DNA of 64,000 nt from Nemertoderma westbladi (lineage: Eukaryota; Animalia; Xenacoelomorpha). Where the stretch lies: contig JAUCBJ010005741.1 in NCBI GenBank assembly GCA_032718475.1, positions 79,671 through 143,670 on the forward strand, written 5' to 3'. Under the pieces are notes generated by a model. It searched no databases. It saw only the letters and a program-made list of their open reading frames with translations, and had not been told where the DNA came from. Position numbers and translations under genes: made by a program. The number at the start of each line of letters is the position of its first letter. Within the stretch, counting starts at the first letter, position 1. Of this stretch, positions 47,611 through 61,718 are shown piece after piece.

Positions 47611-48809
47611 GACCTATTGCTGTAGGACAGTATGTAGGTCAGCTGGACACTGGTTACCGAACGTTACAGCAGTTATTCATTATTATTATTATATTATTTG
47701 GGTGGAGACACCGCTGTCATAGAAGCGTATAAATAAAACTGCACATAATAAAATAAAACAGGAGAAAGTTGAACAGTGAATAAAACAAAACGACTTATAA
47801 CTGTATACTATGGCAACATATTAAAGTGTAGACTGTAGATCGCTAAAAAGAGTTGAAATCAGATAGAAATAATGATATGCAAAATAGAAAATAATTAGAA
47901 ATTGGCATAGTTACAAATTGCGGTCAAATTTAATCCAATTGTTAAAATCGCACACATAAATATGGCGTTTGAGCAATTCAACTGAGGGATATCTATGCAG
48001 TATAAATATCCCTCAACTTAGACAATAACTGTAACTTCTGTAACATGCTCCTTTCCCTAAATTAAGTATTTAACAATGAGGCGGTATATTAATTCGCCAA
48101 GGCAGTCCAGTTTGCGTCCAGTTTCCCCCTTTGTCTCAATTTTATATATGAAGATTTCTTATTTTTTTAAATTTATCTTTATTAATTGATTTATAGCGCT
48201 TAGTTCTGTCGTATAACCTCTACATATACTAATTAGTTTATTGTTTTGGTTAGATTCAGCCCTTCTGTAAACTGTAACCTGTGTTTTGGGTGAAAACCTG
48301 GTATTCTTCATATGGTGGTACTGGTAATTGCAAAGTGAAATATAATGGCGGAAAGTCTGGCATGCTTCACATTCACATGGGCACTTTAAATGAAATTAAC
48401 AGGCTAAATTATAATGGCAGGCTTTTCGAACCATAAACTAAACAGTAAAATATTTACTTTTAGCGTTTCGGGCACTAATTTTTCAATATTCATTTTACAT
48501 TAACCCTATATGAGATGGCTGAAACGACACCCCACAGCCCCAATTAGCAATTTGCGAACTGTCGAACTGTATACTGTTTTTAGTGCAGTTAGTGAATGTT
48601 GAGAATGTACTTACACCAAGCAGCCAAGTACCATGTATGAATTCAATTCGAAAGCAACATGCTATCTTTATTATTGATTATTACAGGAGCCAGCACAGCA
48701 AGCGAGTTCTATTAATTTTACGAACCATAGTGCGTAGTAACTAGTAAGATATAGGCGGAATTGGATTATCTACATATCCTATAGTACAGTAGTATAACTA
48801 TCATCAGTC

Positions 48810-51020
48810 TGTCTCTTAAACGTTTCAACAGATTGTTGACTCTTGGACATTTCAACGGATTGTTTCAGTATCTCACATACTGCGCGAAGGTCTCTTAACG
48901 TTTCAACAGATTGTTTCAGTATCCAACGTGCTGCATGAAGGTATCTTAAACGTTTCAATAGATTGTTTCAGTATCCAATGTGCTGCACAAATGTCTCTTA
49001 AACCAGTAAACGTTTCAACAGATTGTTTCAGTATCCAATGTGCTGCATGAAGGTATCTTAAACGTTTCAATAGATTGTTTCAGTATCCAAAGTGCTGCAC
49101 AATGGTATCTTAAACGTTTCAATAGATTGTTTCTGTATCCAACGTGCTGCATGAAGCAATGAAGGTCTCTTACGTTTCAATAGATTGTTTCAGTATCCAA
49201 CGTGCTGCCAGGCTGCATGAAGGTCTCTTAAACGTTTCATCAATAGATTGTTTCAGTATCCAACGTGCTGAAACTGCATGAAGGTCTCTTAAACGTTTCA
49301 ATAGATTGTTTCAGTATCCAAATCCAATGTGCTGCATGAAGGTCTCTTAAACGTTCCACACCAGACAGCCAGATTGTTCTCTTTTACACATTTCAACGAA
49401 TTGTTTGAGTATCCCATATACTGCGCAAAGGTATCTTAAATGTTTCAATAGATTGTTACAGAGTACCCCACAAGCTGCATGAAGGTAGGGTAAACTATAC
49501 CAATTCCGGACAAAATGTTGAATTTCCCTCTCTTACTTCAGTTTGACCAATCATGACACTACATATTAAGATTTTTCTTTACATTACATTATTCAGCTTC
49601 AAAATAAAACACTAACATCGATTGCCCAGTGCCACCTTGTGGGTGGGGCTGGGCATTCTTTTTTTTGAGTCGGGCTTGTCCGGAATTGGTGCAACAAGCA
49701 CAATTCCGGAAATAATAGTAGCCAATATGGAAATTTAAATGACTCAGGTAAAAATTACCAAATAAGTTGCACCAATTCCGGACAGTGAGAGAGAGGGATA
49801 GAAATAAGAGTAACTCTTCCGGTTTAGGCTGCTAGGTGCTATTTACCTACCTTACTGCCTTATGGCAGTATGGCCGCCTGTATGGGTTCTACTATTATTG
49901 ATTATTCTACCTGCTATTTTCTATTTCCCAATACATATCTACAGTAGTTACTGACAGACTGAGGAGCATACCAATTGCTTAAAGCCTTATGATAAAGGTG
50001 GCCAACGGCTTAACTGATTTACCAGCCAGCTGTTATACGCCTGTTATGAAGACTTCAAGCACATGTGATAGTTATTATGCTGAAGTCATATATTATGTTT
50101 AACCGCATAAGGCATAATAGTAACTGTCAGACTGTCAGCAAGATGGAATACTAGACCTGTAGACAGCTAAAATATACCTAATAGGAATCTCAAAACATCC
50201 TAATAATATGAGTCTATAAATAAAAGCATACCGGTACCGGTCTGCCGGTACTGGTATGTGATTCACTATTCAGCATCGTTTTAGGGCCCCCTAGTCTGCC
50301 AGTAGGCCTACATGAGCTGAGCAGATGAGTGAAGCTATAGGCCTACTCAGACAAATTCCAAGCACCTATGCTAAGTACAATAGAGTTAGGGCCTATACCG
50401 GTAGTACCAGACTACTGTAAGGTAACAAACACTATACATTAGCAGATTAGTCAGTCTCTGTGCTCTCTTCTAAAGTAGACCTACAAGGTTTTTTCCGGAA
50501 TTGGTGCAGGCTGTCCGGAATTGGTAAATTCCGGAATTGGTATAGTTTACCCTACCGTATCTTAAACGTTTCAATAGATTGTTTCAGTATCCAAGATGTG
50601 CTGCACAATCAGACAATGGCAATGGTATCTTAAACATTTCAAGTTTTTTTTCAACAGATTGTTACGGTACCGAGGTAGGGCCTACCCCACGTACGTGCTG
50701 CATGAAGGTCTCTAAACGTTTCAACTGATTGTTTCAGTATCTCACATACAGCGCGAAGGTCTCTTAAAACGTTTCAATAGATTGTTTCAGTATCCAAGAT
50801 GTGTTGCACAATGGTATCTTAACTATTTCAAGTTTTTTTTCAACAGATTGTTACGGTACGTACCCAGGTACCCCACGTACCTACGTGCTGCATGAAGGTC
50901 TCTAAACGTTTCAAGTTCAACTGATTGTTTCAGTATCTCACATACTGCGCGAAGGTCTCTTAAAACGTTTCAATGGATTGATTCAGTACCAAACGTGCTG
51001 CACGAAGTCTTCTAAACATG
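48810..51020. repeat. Degenerate ~50-bp tandem repeat, split by an insertion
   Basis: cttaaacgtttcaatagattgtttcagtatccaatgtgctgcatgaaggt units at 48810-49485 and 50557-51020. Confidence 0.9.
49488..50552. mobile_element. Non-autonomous TIR element flanked by TA (Tc1/mariner-like target)
   Basis: ta|gggtaaactataccaattccgga ... tccggaattggtatagtttaccc|ta (23-bp perfect TIR); internal caattccgga copies. Confidence 0.85.
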
Positions 51021-52179
51021 TTCACTTACCGGCACAATAGACTGACAGATTATTCAGTCTGTCAGTGTCATGCGCGAATCGGCGAATGCCAGAATGCATT
51101 AGTATATGCATATACAGTACTGTCTGACTGTATATGCATATACTAATGCATTCTGGCAAATGGTCTCTTAGTAAATGACAGTTATGTACATTGACATATC
51201 CCGGGATATATTTATATATCCCGATCGGGATAGGGAACCCTACTGACTTAACAAACATCTTAACTGCAGAACGGGTCCTGACTCATACCCCTACCTGTCT
51301 ACAGTCAGTCTATGTAGGCTATACCTCTACGCAAATCCCTAGTGGAATCCTTACAAAAAGCGCGCCGGATAACGCGTCAGATATTATGAAAATCGCGCCG
51401 CGCCTAGTAATATTGGAAATCGCGCCGCGCCAACACTCTGAACTCTATAAATTGATGTGCGCCAGAAAAAATGTAGCATACAAATTAAAATACATTCTGA
51501 CATTCGGCGCCAGTTAAGAATATATGCACGCCAGGAAATAATTTTGTTTTGAGCTCACTTAACATGCCACATACTGTATGATAGGTCAGATCAGAAGATA
51601 ACGGCTGAACGGTACCGGTACAGTCAGTCGGTGAGAAGTCAAAAATTGGACTTGAGTCCAAAATTGGACTTCGACTCCAGTTCAAGTCCAAAATTGGACT
51701 TCTGTGAGTCCAATATTGGACTTCAAATCAGCCAATTGTTCCAGGGCAGTAGGGAACATACCCTTAAATAAGCTCCAAAAGTGGGTTCTTATTTAAGAAA
51801 AATGGCTCTTATTTAGGGGTTTATTATCGACAGACTTATTTTCGACAGAGCCCCATCAGCTGAAACAGCCAGTGCCGCTAGTCGATGGGGTTGACTTGTT
51901 GACGAGAGGCTATTATGAGGCGCAATGGGATACGCATTGCGTATCTCCTTCTGTCAACCAATACTGCCCTCATTTCTCATATATTAAATTAAATAAATTA
52001 AATTAAATATCCTTATATAACTGTATAATGTCTCTTATAACCTCGTCTCCCAGCCCCGTCCTCCTGCCCTTATTTGCTTATGACAGTTATGACCTCCTAC
52101 CTGCCTAACCGTGACAGTACATTGCAAGATGCAGAGATAAGGGAGCTTCTGAGCTTAATTGGATAGGTGCAAAAATGCA

Positions 52180-53930
52180 CAACGAGCAACAATGACCAAC
52201 AATAAGCAACAACGAGCAACAAATGAACAATGAGTAACAAAACAACGAGCAACAACGAGTAACAACGAGCAACAATTAGCAACAACGAGTAACATTGAGC
52301 AATAATAAAGTACAACAACGAGCAATAATGAGGAACGACGACTGAACGAGCAACAATGAGCAACAACGAGTAACAATGAGCAACTACGACTACTACGAGT
52401 AACATTGAGCAACAATGAGAAACAATGAGCAACAACGAGCAAAAATGAGCAATAATAAAGTACACAACGAGCAACAATGGGCAACAGCGAGAAACAACGA
52501 ACAACAATGAGCAATAATGAGGAACAACGACTGAACGAGCAACAACGAGTAACAATGAGCAACAACGAGTAACATTGAGAAACACCGAGCAACAATGAGT
52601 AATAATAAAGTACAACAATGAGCAACGAGAAACAGCGAGCAACAATGAGGAACAACGACTGAATGAGCAATAATAAAGTACAACAACGAGCAACAATGAG
52701 TAACAATGAGTAATAATGAGCAACAATGAGCAACAACGAGAAACAGCGAGCAACAATGAGGAACAACGACTGAACGAGCAATAATAAAGTACAACAACGA
52801 GCAACATTGAGAAACAATGAGCAATAATAAATTACAATATCGAGAAACAACGACCTATAATTAGGACATGAGGAACAACGAGTAAAGCAACAACGAGAAA
52901 CAGCGAGCAACAATGAGGAACAACGACTGAATGAGCAATAATAAAGTACAACAACGAGCAACAATGAGCAACAACGAGTAACAATGAGTAATAATGAGCA
53001 ACAACGAGCAACAACGAGAAACAGCGAGCAACAATGAGGAACAACAACTGAACGAGCAATAATAAAGTACAACAACGAGCAACATTGAGAAACAATGAGC
53101 AATAATAAATTACAATATCGAGAAACAACGACCCATAATTAGGACATGAGGAACAACGAGTAACAATGAGCAACAATGACAAAGAGTAACAACGAGTAAC
53201 ATTGAGCAATAATAAAGTATAACAACGAGTAACATTGAGCAACAATGAGAAACACTGAGCAACAATGAGCAATAATAAAGAACAACAACGAGCAACAATG
53301 AGCAACAACGAGAAACAACGAGCAATAATGAGCAACAACGACTGAACGAGCAACAACGAGTTATATTGAGCAACAACGAGATATATTGAGCAACAATGAG
53401 CAATAATAAAGTACAACAACGAGCAACAACGACTGAACGAGCAACAACGAGTAATATTGAGCAACAACGAGCAACAATGAGCAATAATAAAGTACAACAA
53501 GGAGAAACAACGAGCAACAATGAGGAACAACGATTGAATGAGCAATAAAAAGTACAACAACGAGCAACAATGAGTAACAATGAGCAATAATGAGTAACAA
53601 CGAGCAATAATAGAGTACAACGAGCAACAACGACCAATAATAAAGTACAACTAACGAGCAACAATGAGCACCAACAAGCAACAATGACCAACAACGAGCA
53701 ACAATGAGGAACAACGATTGAATGAGCAATAATAAAGTACAACAACGAGCAACAATGAGCAATAATGAGCAACAACGAGCAATATTAGAGTACAATGAGC
53801 AACAACGAGCAATAATAAGGTACAACTAACGGCAACAATGAGCACCAACAAGCAACAATGACCAACAACGAGCAACAATGACCAACAATGAGAAATAATA
53901 AAGCACAACGAGCAGCAATGAGCAACAAAC
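52180..53930. repeat. Degenerate ~10-bp low-complexity repeat (aacaa(c/t)gagc)n
   Basis: Strong strand asymmetry; produces spurious Leu/Cys/Val-rich minus-strand ORFs. Confidence 0.95.
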
Positions 53931-53954
53931 TGCGTCGAACCGGATTGAATGTGG

Positions 53955-54769
53955 GGGAGAGCCACGTTCAAGTGAGCGAAGCCTTAGCATATGGGTGCTA
54001 TTAACGAGTTGTCTGTCGTCGTTGTAAATTTTTATCGGTAATAACTCGGTCATTCCTTGATGAAATTAAACGAAACTTAGTAGGCCTATGTACTGATGTA
54101 TGTAGTCTGTCAAAAGATTAGAAATAATCTGAAGTTTGGTAAAAAAAACAAACGAACGCAATGAGGCAAATTAAGGAGACGAGTATTGTGTTGAACGACC
54201 TCTGACTAACGAAAGACAACATGTAAATGGGGTGGGGCCCCTATCAGCTAGGGCTAGCTAAGGCTTTGTTCACTTCATGCTGCGCAAAGGTCCCACGAAC
54301 GTGTCCCACTCCTGCCTGAGCCAGTTGAGCCAAAACGTTATCCAGTCATCATTTTTAACCTTCATAACGTCTATCAGCTGCCCAACCGAACCATCTTTGT
54401 GCCTGTTGACATGACATTGACATTGGTTTTTCACTTTTTTCACACCTTTCAAGTACAACATTTTGTACAATCCATCTAAGTGGGGCGTAACGCGGAGCAG
54501 AAGAGGAATAGCTAAGGCTTTGCTCACTTCATGCTGCGCAAAGGTCCCACGAACGTGTCCCACTCCTGCCTGAGCCAGTTGAGCCAAAACGTCATCCAGT
54601 CATCATTTTTAACCTTCATAACGTCTATCAGCTGCCCAACCGAACCATCATTGTGCCTGTTGACATGACATTGACATTGGTTTTTCACTTTTTTTCACAC
54701 CTTTCAAGTACAACATTTTGCTGTTTTGGACAATCCATCTAAGTGGGACGTAACGCGGAGCAGAAGAGG
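53955..54769 (+). mobile_element. HINE-like repeat copy 2 with ~255-bp tandem duplication of its right end plus flank
   Basis: Matches 38537-38845; gctaaggctttg...gcagaagaggaa duplicated at ~54257 and ~54511. Confidence 0.65.
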
Positions 54770-57429
54770 AAATGCAGGACACAAGTTAGTTTTTCGAAAC
54801 TGTGCGGCGATGTCCAGTTACTTGAGTCATGTTTCATCGAAATACGTGACAATGTATGTGCGCTCAGATGGGCGATGGGCTATTCTACTGTTCTATGCTA
54901 CCATGTGAGGTAAGAATGCCAGTGCTAGCAACTTCATTATGATACGATATTCTAGAGGATTTATAGAGTGCAGTGCAACCATTGTCCTTATCCCTAACCC
55001 AACAATTAGCAATATACAGACTCCAGACTGACATAAATCAAAGAATTATGAAAGAAGTGTAACACATATCATATATACTGTAAGTAAGGAATAAGGAATA
55101 TTTATTTTATTTAAGGAATGTGCAGATTTTGGAATACAATTGTATTCCTAAATAATAAACCCAGGTCAAAAAGTTCTTATTTAGGGACTTTTAGTATTTA
55201 TGTGTACAATTTCGATATCTTAAATAAGGTAAATTTAAAAAATCCCCCTTATTTAGGAACTGGTCGTATTTTTGATGCAATTTTAAAACGCTTGTAGAAA
55301 AAAAACCGGACGGTGAAATGTTTTCTGGTTTTTTGCTTTATGTTCAAGAAAGACCCAACTTTTACATTGTGAAATAAAATTATGCCGTATTTTTTCATGA
55401 AACAAGATATTGCATATTATATCGAAAAAATATCCAAAAAAGGTCCAAAAACCCCTAAATAAGAGCCATTTTCCTTAAATAAGAACCCACTTTTGGAGCT
55501 TATTTAAGGGTATGTTCCCTATCCCTACTGCAGGGCCTTGGGTAATTGGATCAGGTGGGATTTTTTTTTTAATCGAAAATATACGGTCCTACGAATTACC
55601 GCAAAAGACCGCAAAAGACCAAAAAAGACCGCAAAAGACCAATTATTGGACTTTAAGTCCAATTTTCGACGTGACATTGAGAATCAAACTTAAACTGTTA
55701 AAGGTACATGAAGCATCACATATCTGCATATGAGTGATGAGAGACAGCCAGACAGCTATTAAGTTATGGAAAGTTACCTTTGCAGCTCTGTATGTACAGC
55801 TGATGTATCTTCAGTGTACTGCTGTACTGTACTTAGAATATAATGGTACATTCTAGCATTCTAGGTACTTTGTACTTCAGTACTTTACTTTTAGCATATT
55901 CAGATATTGTTTAGTTTACATTCATGTTATGTCTATGGTAACCTTACAGGCTTATATTACAGCCTTATGTACCCAGGCAGCCAGGAGTCTTTAGGCATTA
56001 GGACTAGATTAGATTATGCTCCAACAAATATTTAATTACAAATTATATTTGGTGGAAACTGGTAGCAATGCCAGGTTTGCCAACTGCAGCTGCTGCTAAG
56101 GCTAACTACAGTACAAGCTACGATTTCGTCTAAGCCTATGCTGCTATGGGAGCCCTGTCAGAAAGAAATACTACAAGTTGATGCTACCACCACCTCTCAC
56201 TGTCTCAGCCTCTTCTAAATTTTTCATACAGCAGGAATGGTATATTAAAACGGCTGGATAATGAAAGGGGATTAACTGATTAACGTGTTGGGGTCTCCAC
56301 ATAATAAGTACAGAAGTAACACACGTCATAAACCAATTGAGGGAAAGGAACAGGTTACAGAGGCAGGCTTTTTTTTTAACTAAAACAATAAACGGCCACT
56401 TTTCAGCTTTTGACTTTACCAATTGAAGGAGCCCTATCACCACATTGCGTCGCAAATGCACGTCTGTATGTCAGTACTGCAGTATGTAGAGTAGACACAC
56501 TGCTGCATTACCGCTACCCAGCTACCGGCACCGGTACCTTAAATGCACGCTTGCAGAATCAGAGAATGCTGGATCTGTGGATTGTACTGTGCTGTCAGGC
56601 TGTGTGTAGTAGGCTACTGCAGTACTGTGCAGACTGTGCAGTACTGTGCTACTCCATACTCTGCTCTTACTACTGGTACCTACCTACTACCTACTGTGCT
56701 ACCAGTTAGGAACACAACGCCCGATTTTGTCCTTTTGAACGCCAGAACCAATCTTGCTGCATTTTCCCCAAAGACGAACATAGGAAAAAATGAGAACGCT
56801 AAGCGCATTCGATACAAAATTGTCTGACTGTCGCATTTTAAAATTTATACCACTGAATTCCTTGCAAAATATAATAATGACATTTCACCTCATAAGAAAA
56901 AAAATTGCTTTACGGAATGAAAAGTTTTTCTCACTTTTAAAATATTATCAGAATTAGGCGTAATGGAACGCCAAATTATGTCCACAGAAAAGGGAACGCC
57001 AGATTATGTCCTTGGAGTGTTTATTGATTGACAGTCAGACAGTAGGTATCCTGTGCTGAGAGCTGTAATAGGTGCGAGACTGATCTAGGCTAATTATAAA
57101 GGGATGGCTTGGCTATGGCTGGGTTGACTATTTGTAAGGTATAACTTACACAGTAAGTTTTGCAGCCGCTGCTGCATACTACATTACCTGCGACTACCAC
57201 CGCCGCCAGTACCGCCGCAAGTACCGATACCAGTACCAGTTTGGGCGAGACGGGGAGTCGCGCCTGCAACCCGAAGAGGGAAATACAAGAAGCTGGAGAC
57301 CTTTCCGACTCCGACAAGATCATCTAAATTATCTGCAAAGTCTAAGACGAATTAACAGAAGCCCTAACAGTGATTCAAAAGCGTAAAGAACAAAAAGATC
57401 TCAAAAAGACGTAAACCCAGCATGCCGGA

Positions 57430-58290
57430 CACAAACACCCTATATGGGACCCAAAACACCCTATATGGGACCCAAAACACCCTATATGGGTCATAAACCA
57501 CCAATTTGGGACAAGTTTAAATTAAAGCCATGATAGTGAATTCTATATTCTTTTGAGTATTCCATTACATTTATAAACTATTTGAAATCACTATAAGCAC
57601 TTCACACCCAATATGGGATACAAACACCCTATATGGGACACAAACAACCTATTTGGGACAAATTTAAATGAAAGCTATGATAATGAATTCTATATTCTTT
57701 TGAGTATTCCATTACATTTATAAACTATTTGAAATCACTATAAGCACTTCACACCCTATATGGGACACAAACACCCTATATGGGACACAAACAACCTATT
57801 TGGGACAAATTTAAATGAAAGCTATGATAGTGAATTCTATATTCTTTTGAGTATTCCATTACATTTCGAAACTATTTGAAATCATTATAAGCACTTCATA
57901 CCATATACGGGACACAAACACCTTATATGGGACACAAACAACCTATTTGGGACAAATTTAAATTAAAGTTATGATGGTGGATTCTATTTTCTTTTGAGTA
58001 TTTGCCATTATATTTATAAACTATGTAAAATCATTTTGATAAAGTTGAACGCTCTTTGGGACAAGAACACCCTGTATGGAACACAAACACCCTATATGGG
58101 ACATAAACAACCTATTTGGGACAAATTGGAATTAAAGCTATGATTATGAAGTCAATATTCTTTTCAGTATTCCTTTACATTTATAAACTATTTGAAATAA
58201 TTTTGATAAAGCCACATGCAATTTTGGACAAAATCATATATATATATGGGAAACAAACACCCTATATGGGACACTAACAACCTATTTGAG
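57430..58290. repeat. ~150-bp tandem repeat with 19-20-bp subrepeats (acaccctatatgggacacaa)
   Basis: About five units sharing gaattctatattctttttgagtattcc. Confidence 0.9.
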
Positions 58291-58417
58291 GCAAATTGAA
58301 GACTTATTAAGGACTATTTGGGATGAAGTTGCGTCTGGGGGAAGAGGGTGCGCTATCACTAATTTGATTTTCATTTAATTACTATTATACGAATGTATTT
58401 AGATTTATTATAAGTGA

Positions 58418-58510
58418 AATAAATTGCACCACATGAATAAATTGCACAACATGAATAAATTGCACAACAAGAATAAATTGCACAATATGAATAAATTGCA
58501 CAACATGAAA
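58418..58510. repeat. 18-bp tandem repeat (~5 copies)
   Basis: (atgaataaattgcacaac)n. Confidence 0.9.
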
Positions 58511-58828
58511 TTCATGTGTGGAAATACAACATGAATGATAACACTATAGCCTATAATGCATCACAGTCTTACAGTCCATTTGTGAGGCACCAACAGTATA
58601 TCTTTAACCATAACTAGGGAACATGTATTCCAAATGCACTTATTTAGATTTCCATTTTATTTCCACTGTTGTACATATACCTCAATGGGCTCTTGTCCCA
58701 AATACGTTGCTCTGTCCAGTATAGGTTGTTATAATGAGCCCCGGATTCGTAGTTGACACTTGGATTATATATCAGTGGAATTTTCCATTAACCTTTACAT
58801 TATACAGTCCCGCTCTCAAAAAGCATTC

Positions 58829-58906
58829 CTTTGATCAAACATTGATCAAACTTTGATCAAACATTGATCAAACTTTGATCAAACATTGATCAATGTTTGA
58901 TCAAAA
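58829..58906. repeat. 11-bp tandem repeat of a palindromic core (ttgatcaa)
   Basis: tttgatcaaac/attgatcaaac, about 7 copies. Confidence 0.85.
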
Positions 58907-59789
58907 TGTGTCCATAGAGTAGCATTGAAAGTATAATTGACATTGAAATGACATTGATGGCATATTGAAATTACCTTGAAATCGATGGACCGAAATTCCA
59001 GACTTTCTGTCTCATATTGAAATGACATTGAAATGATTTCAAGGTAACAGTTTACATCGCTCTTCTGCGGCATGCCTTTGAATTCAGATTCCCGCCGAGA
59101 ACTGGCTTTTGTTAATGGCCAAGCCGCGATGTGATTGACAGGGCGGTGGATGGAGCTTGCTAGGGCCTATTATTACACTAACAACTAGTTCAGAAAAACA
59201 TCCTTTGGAATATTTTTAAATTATATTGTTATATTAGAAATTAGTTTCAATGTTCCTTAAATCAGAATCAAGGCCAAAGACCTCCATTGACGTAGCAGCG
59301 CGATGGCTGCCGTTGCATTGCATTTGCTTATACAGTAATTGTGTAAATTCGACAAGCTTCCTTCCTGCCCCTGTCTCTAATTATACTAATAAATGTAAAT
59401 AAAGAAATAAATAAATCCAAGCGCTAGCGCCAGCGCACCCCCTAAAATACCTTCTAAAAATGTAGGTAATTTAATTGTAATACTCTGATAAGGTAATTTT
59501 ATTGAAAACCTGATTTGTTTTAAAGTAAACTATGTTATGTACATCATTAGTTACGTATTTTTTAATTCAGTTTAACGTATTGTAATTATAATTTTTTAAA
59601 TATTAAAAATCAAATTGGGTTAGTAATACTTATTAAATTATGCTCATTCATTTTTAATTAATGGAGGGTTTTAACCATCCGGCCGACTCCACAGGTCGTT
59701 GTAAGACAAGGCATCAATATAACCCCAGTGATCCCATACCCTCTCTTGTTGTGGACTATTACTATATCATTGTACAAGCTGCGGACCTG

Positions 59790-59945
59790 CACCCCCCCCC
59801 CCCCCCCCCCCCCCTCATTATAATGTGTTGTAGCCATCCACCCAACCCATTGCGTAACTCAGAAATAAACTCCACACAGCACAGCCCATACCTGCCATTG
59901 CTTTCATTACGCCACATCGCCAAGTGGAGATTCAATTGTGGCTGT
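59790..59945. repeat. Dispersed ~160-bp repeat starting with poly-C, copy 1
   Basis: cattataatgt.ttgtagccatccacccaac...gccaagtggagattcaattg; second copy at 61327-61475. Confidence 0.85.
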
Positions 59946-61326
59946 GAATTATTATAATCATTATTAGATTGACAACACAGTGTTGTGGTAGTGTACCAGT
60001 ACCAGACTGAGTCTTGTAATAGGCCCCACTAACAACTCCGGGCTACGTTCTGAAATACAGCCTCTGGAATATTATTAAATTATTTTCATTAGAAATTATT
60101 CACTAGAAAGCCAGTCTGTCAATTTAATCGTCCAGTATCAATTCCCGCGGGCTAATACAATTTATTTTCGGGCTAAGGATGCCCTGCCCACTGGCTAAGA
60201 AAGCTTGCGGGTAAACGATTCCCATTTTGCGGGCTAAGAATTCCCGCGGGCTAAGTCATCACCCAACCGAACATACAGTTCACTGTAACTGCTTTACTCG
60301 CATCTCTGTAACAACAACCCAAATGCTGTGATTCACAGTATGCGATTTCACCGTGCTGTCACCGCAAGTGTATCTGAGAACAAGCCCATTACTGGTACAG
60401 CTACAATTAGTTTCAAAAAATTAATGTAAAACATCGAAAGGAGCAGGTTAAAGGGGTTGTGTTTTCTAACCAAAACAATAAACCAAAGTAGATTTCATCG
60501 ATTTGCGCTGGAGAACTTTTTTATTTGCGACCAACTGGAGCCACTATTTGCGAGATAAGGTAGAAATTTTAATTAATATCGAGACAAATACAACGTCTGT
60601 TTAATTGTTTTTGGGCAAACAGAAAAGTCCTCCATGTTGAAATTTTAGTAAGAAAATTTAGTGTAATAAATTAGTTTACTACACATTACTACCTGCATAG
60701 TTCCTTTGCGACCAGGCCAGCTCAGTGCCAGGAGGCCAATCTCTTTGGTTCGCGGCCTCCTGTGTATGGGTTAGTTGGCTGTCTAATTTCTTGGGAAGCC
60801 TTTAGTAAATTTCGAAATTTCGGGGAATTCCATTCCACAACAGATAAATGGTTTTACATGTTGGGGCGGCATAAGCTAAGAGCCATTACACATGATATGC
60901 CTTTACTTTGTTAATGGTCTGTCGCTGTCGGCACCCCAAGCTAATAATATACAGCAAATAGCACTGAGACCACCGACTCCTGTACTCCCTATGACATAAT
61001 TTGTTGTGACTCGAATCAATTATTTCTCCTTACAAGAAAGCAACGTATTTCCCACTTGTGGCCAGCCAGAAGGCCACAATGTCAACTGATATAATAATAC
61101 CAAGGGATATTCTCATATTACCCCCCCCCCCCCCCCCCCCCCAAGGATCTAGCCCTTGGCCAGCCAGGTTACAATGCGAAGCTTTCTGTTTCGAAAAATG
61201 CTTTTGTTTCAGAAAATTTGGAATGTGGATCTTTAATATATATATATATTTTTTTCTCATTTCAACTGGAAAGGAGTTTTTCAGTATGCTTTCACATGGC
61301 CTCCCCCTCGCTCGGTACGCTAGTTG

Positions 61327-61475
61327 CCCCCCCCCCCCCCCCCCCCCCATTATAATGTATTGTAGCCATCCACCCAACACATTGCGTAACTCAGAATTAA
61401 ACTCCACACAGCCCCTACCCGCCCTTGCTTTCATTACCACCACACCGCCAAGTGGAGATTCAATTGCGGCTGTTA
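61327..61475. repeat. Dispersed ~160-bp repeat, copy 2
   Basis: Matches 59790-59945. Confidence 0.85.
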
Positions 61476-61624
61476 TTTTCTGATAATCGCTGTAAATTAT
61501 TATAACCTAGGCGGTCCGGTTTAAATAACGGCTATAGCGTACAAACCTATGGTATGATATGGACGTGGTGTCCTGTGTGCTCTGCAGACATCCTACAGAG
61601 CACATGGAGCATTACACACACAGG

Positions 61625-61627
61625 GAG

Positions 61628-61715
<88 letters not shown>
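61625..61715. repeat. (GA)n microsatellite
   Basis: Pure GA run of about 85 bp. Confidence 0.98.

Positions 61716-61718
<3 letters not shown>

Larger units (their letters stand above)
51752..55519. mobile_element. Non-autonomous TIR element with ~70-bp TIRs, TA-flanked, enlarged by internal repeats
   Basis: gggaacatacccttaaataagctccaaaagtgggttcttatttaag(a/g)aaaatggctcttatttaggggttt and its reverse complement at ~55449-55519. Confidence 0.85.

Noticed and set aside
52097-54053. Hydrophobic Leu/Cys-rich membrane protein ORFs
   Set aside because: All three minus frames are open because of a T-poor simple repeat.
57090-57420. CpG-rich patch as an upstream mask exon or LINE ORF1 start
   Set aside because: Short, with no recognisable motif and no convincing splice pair.
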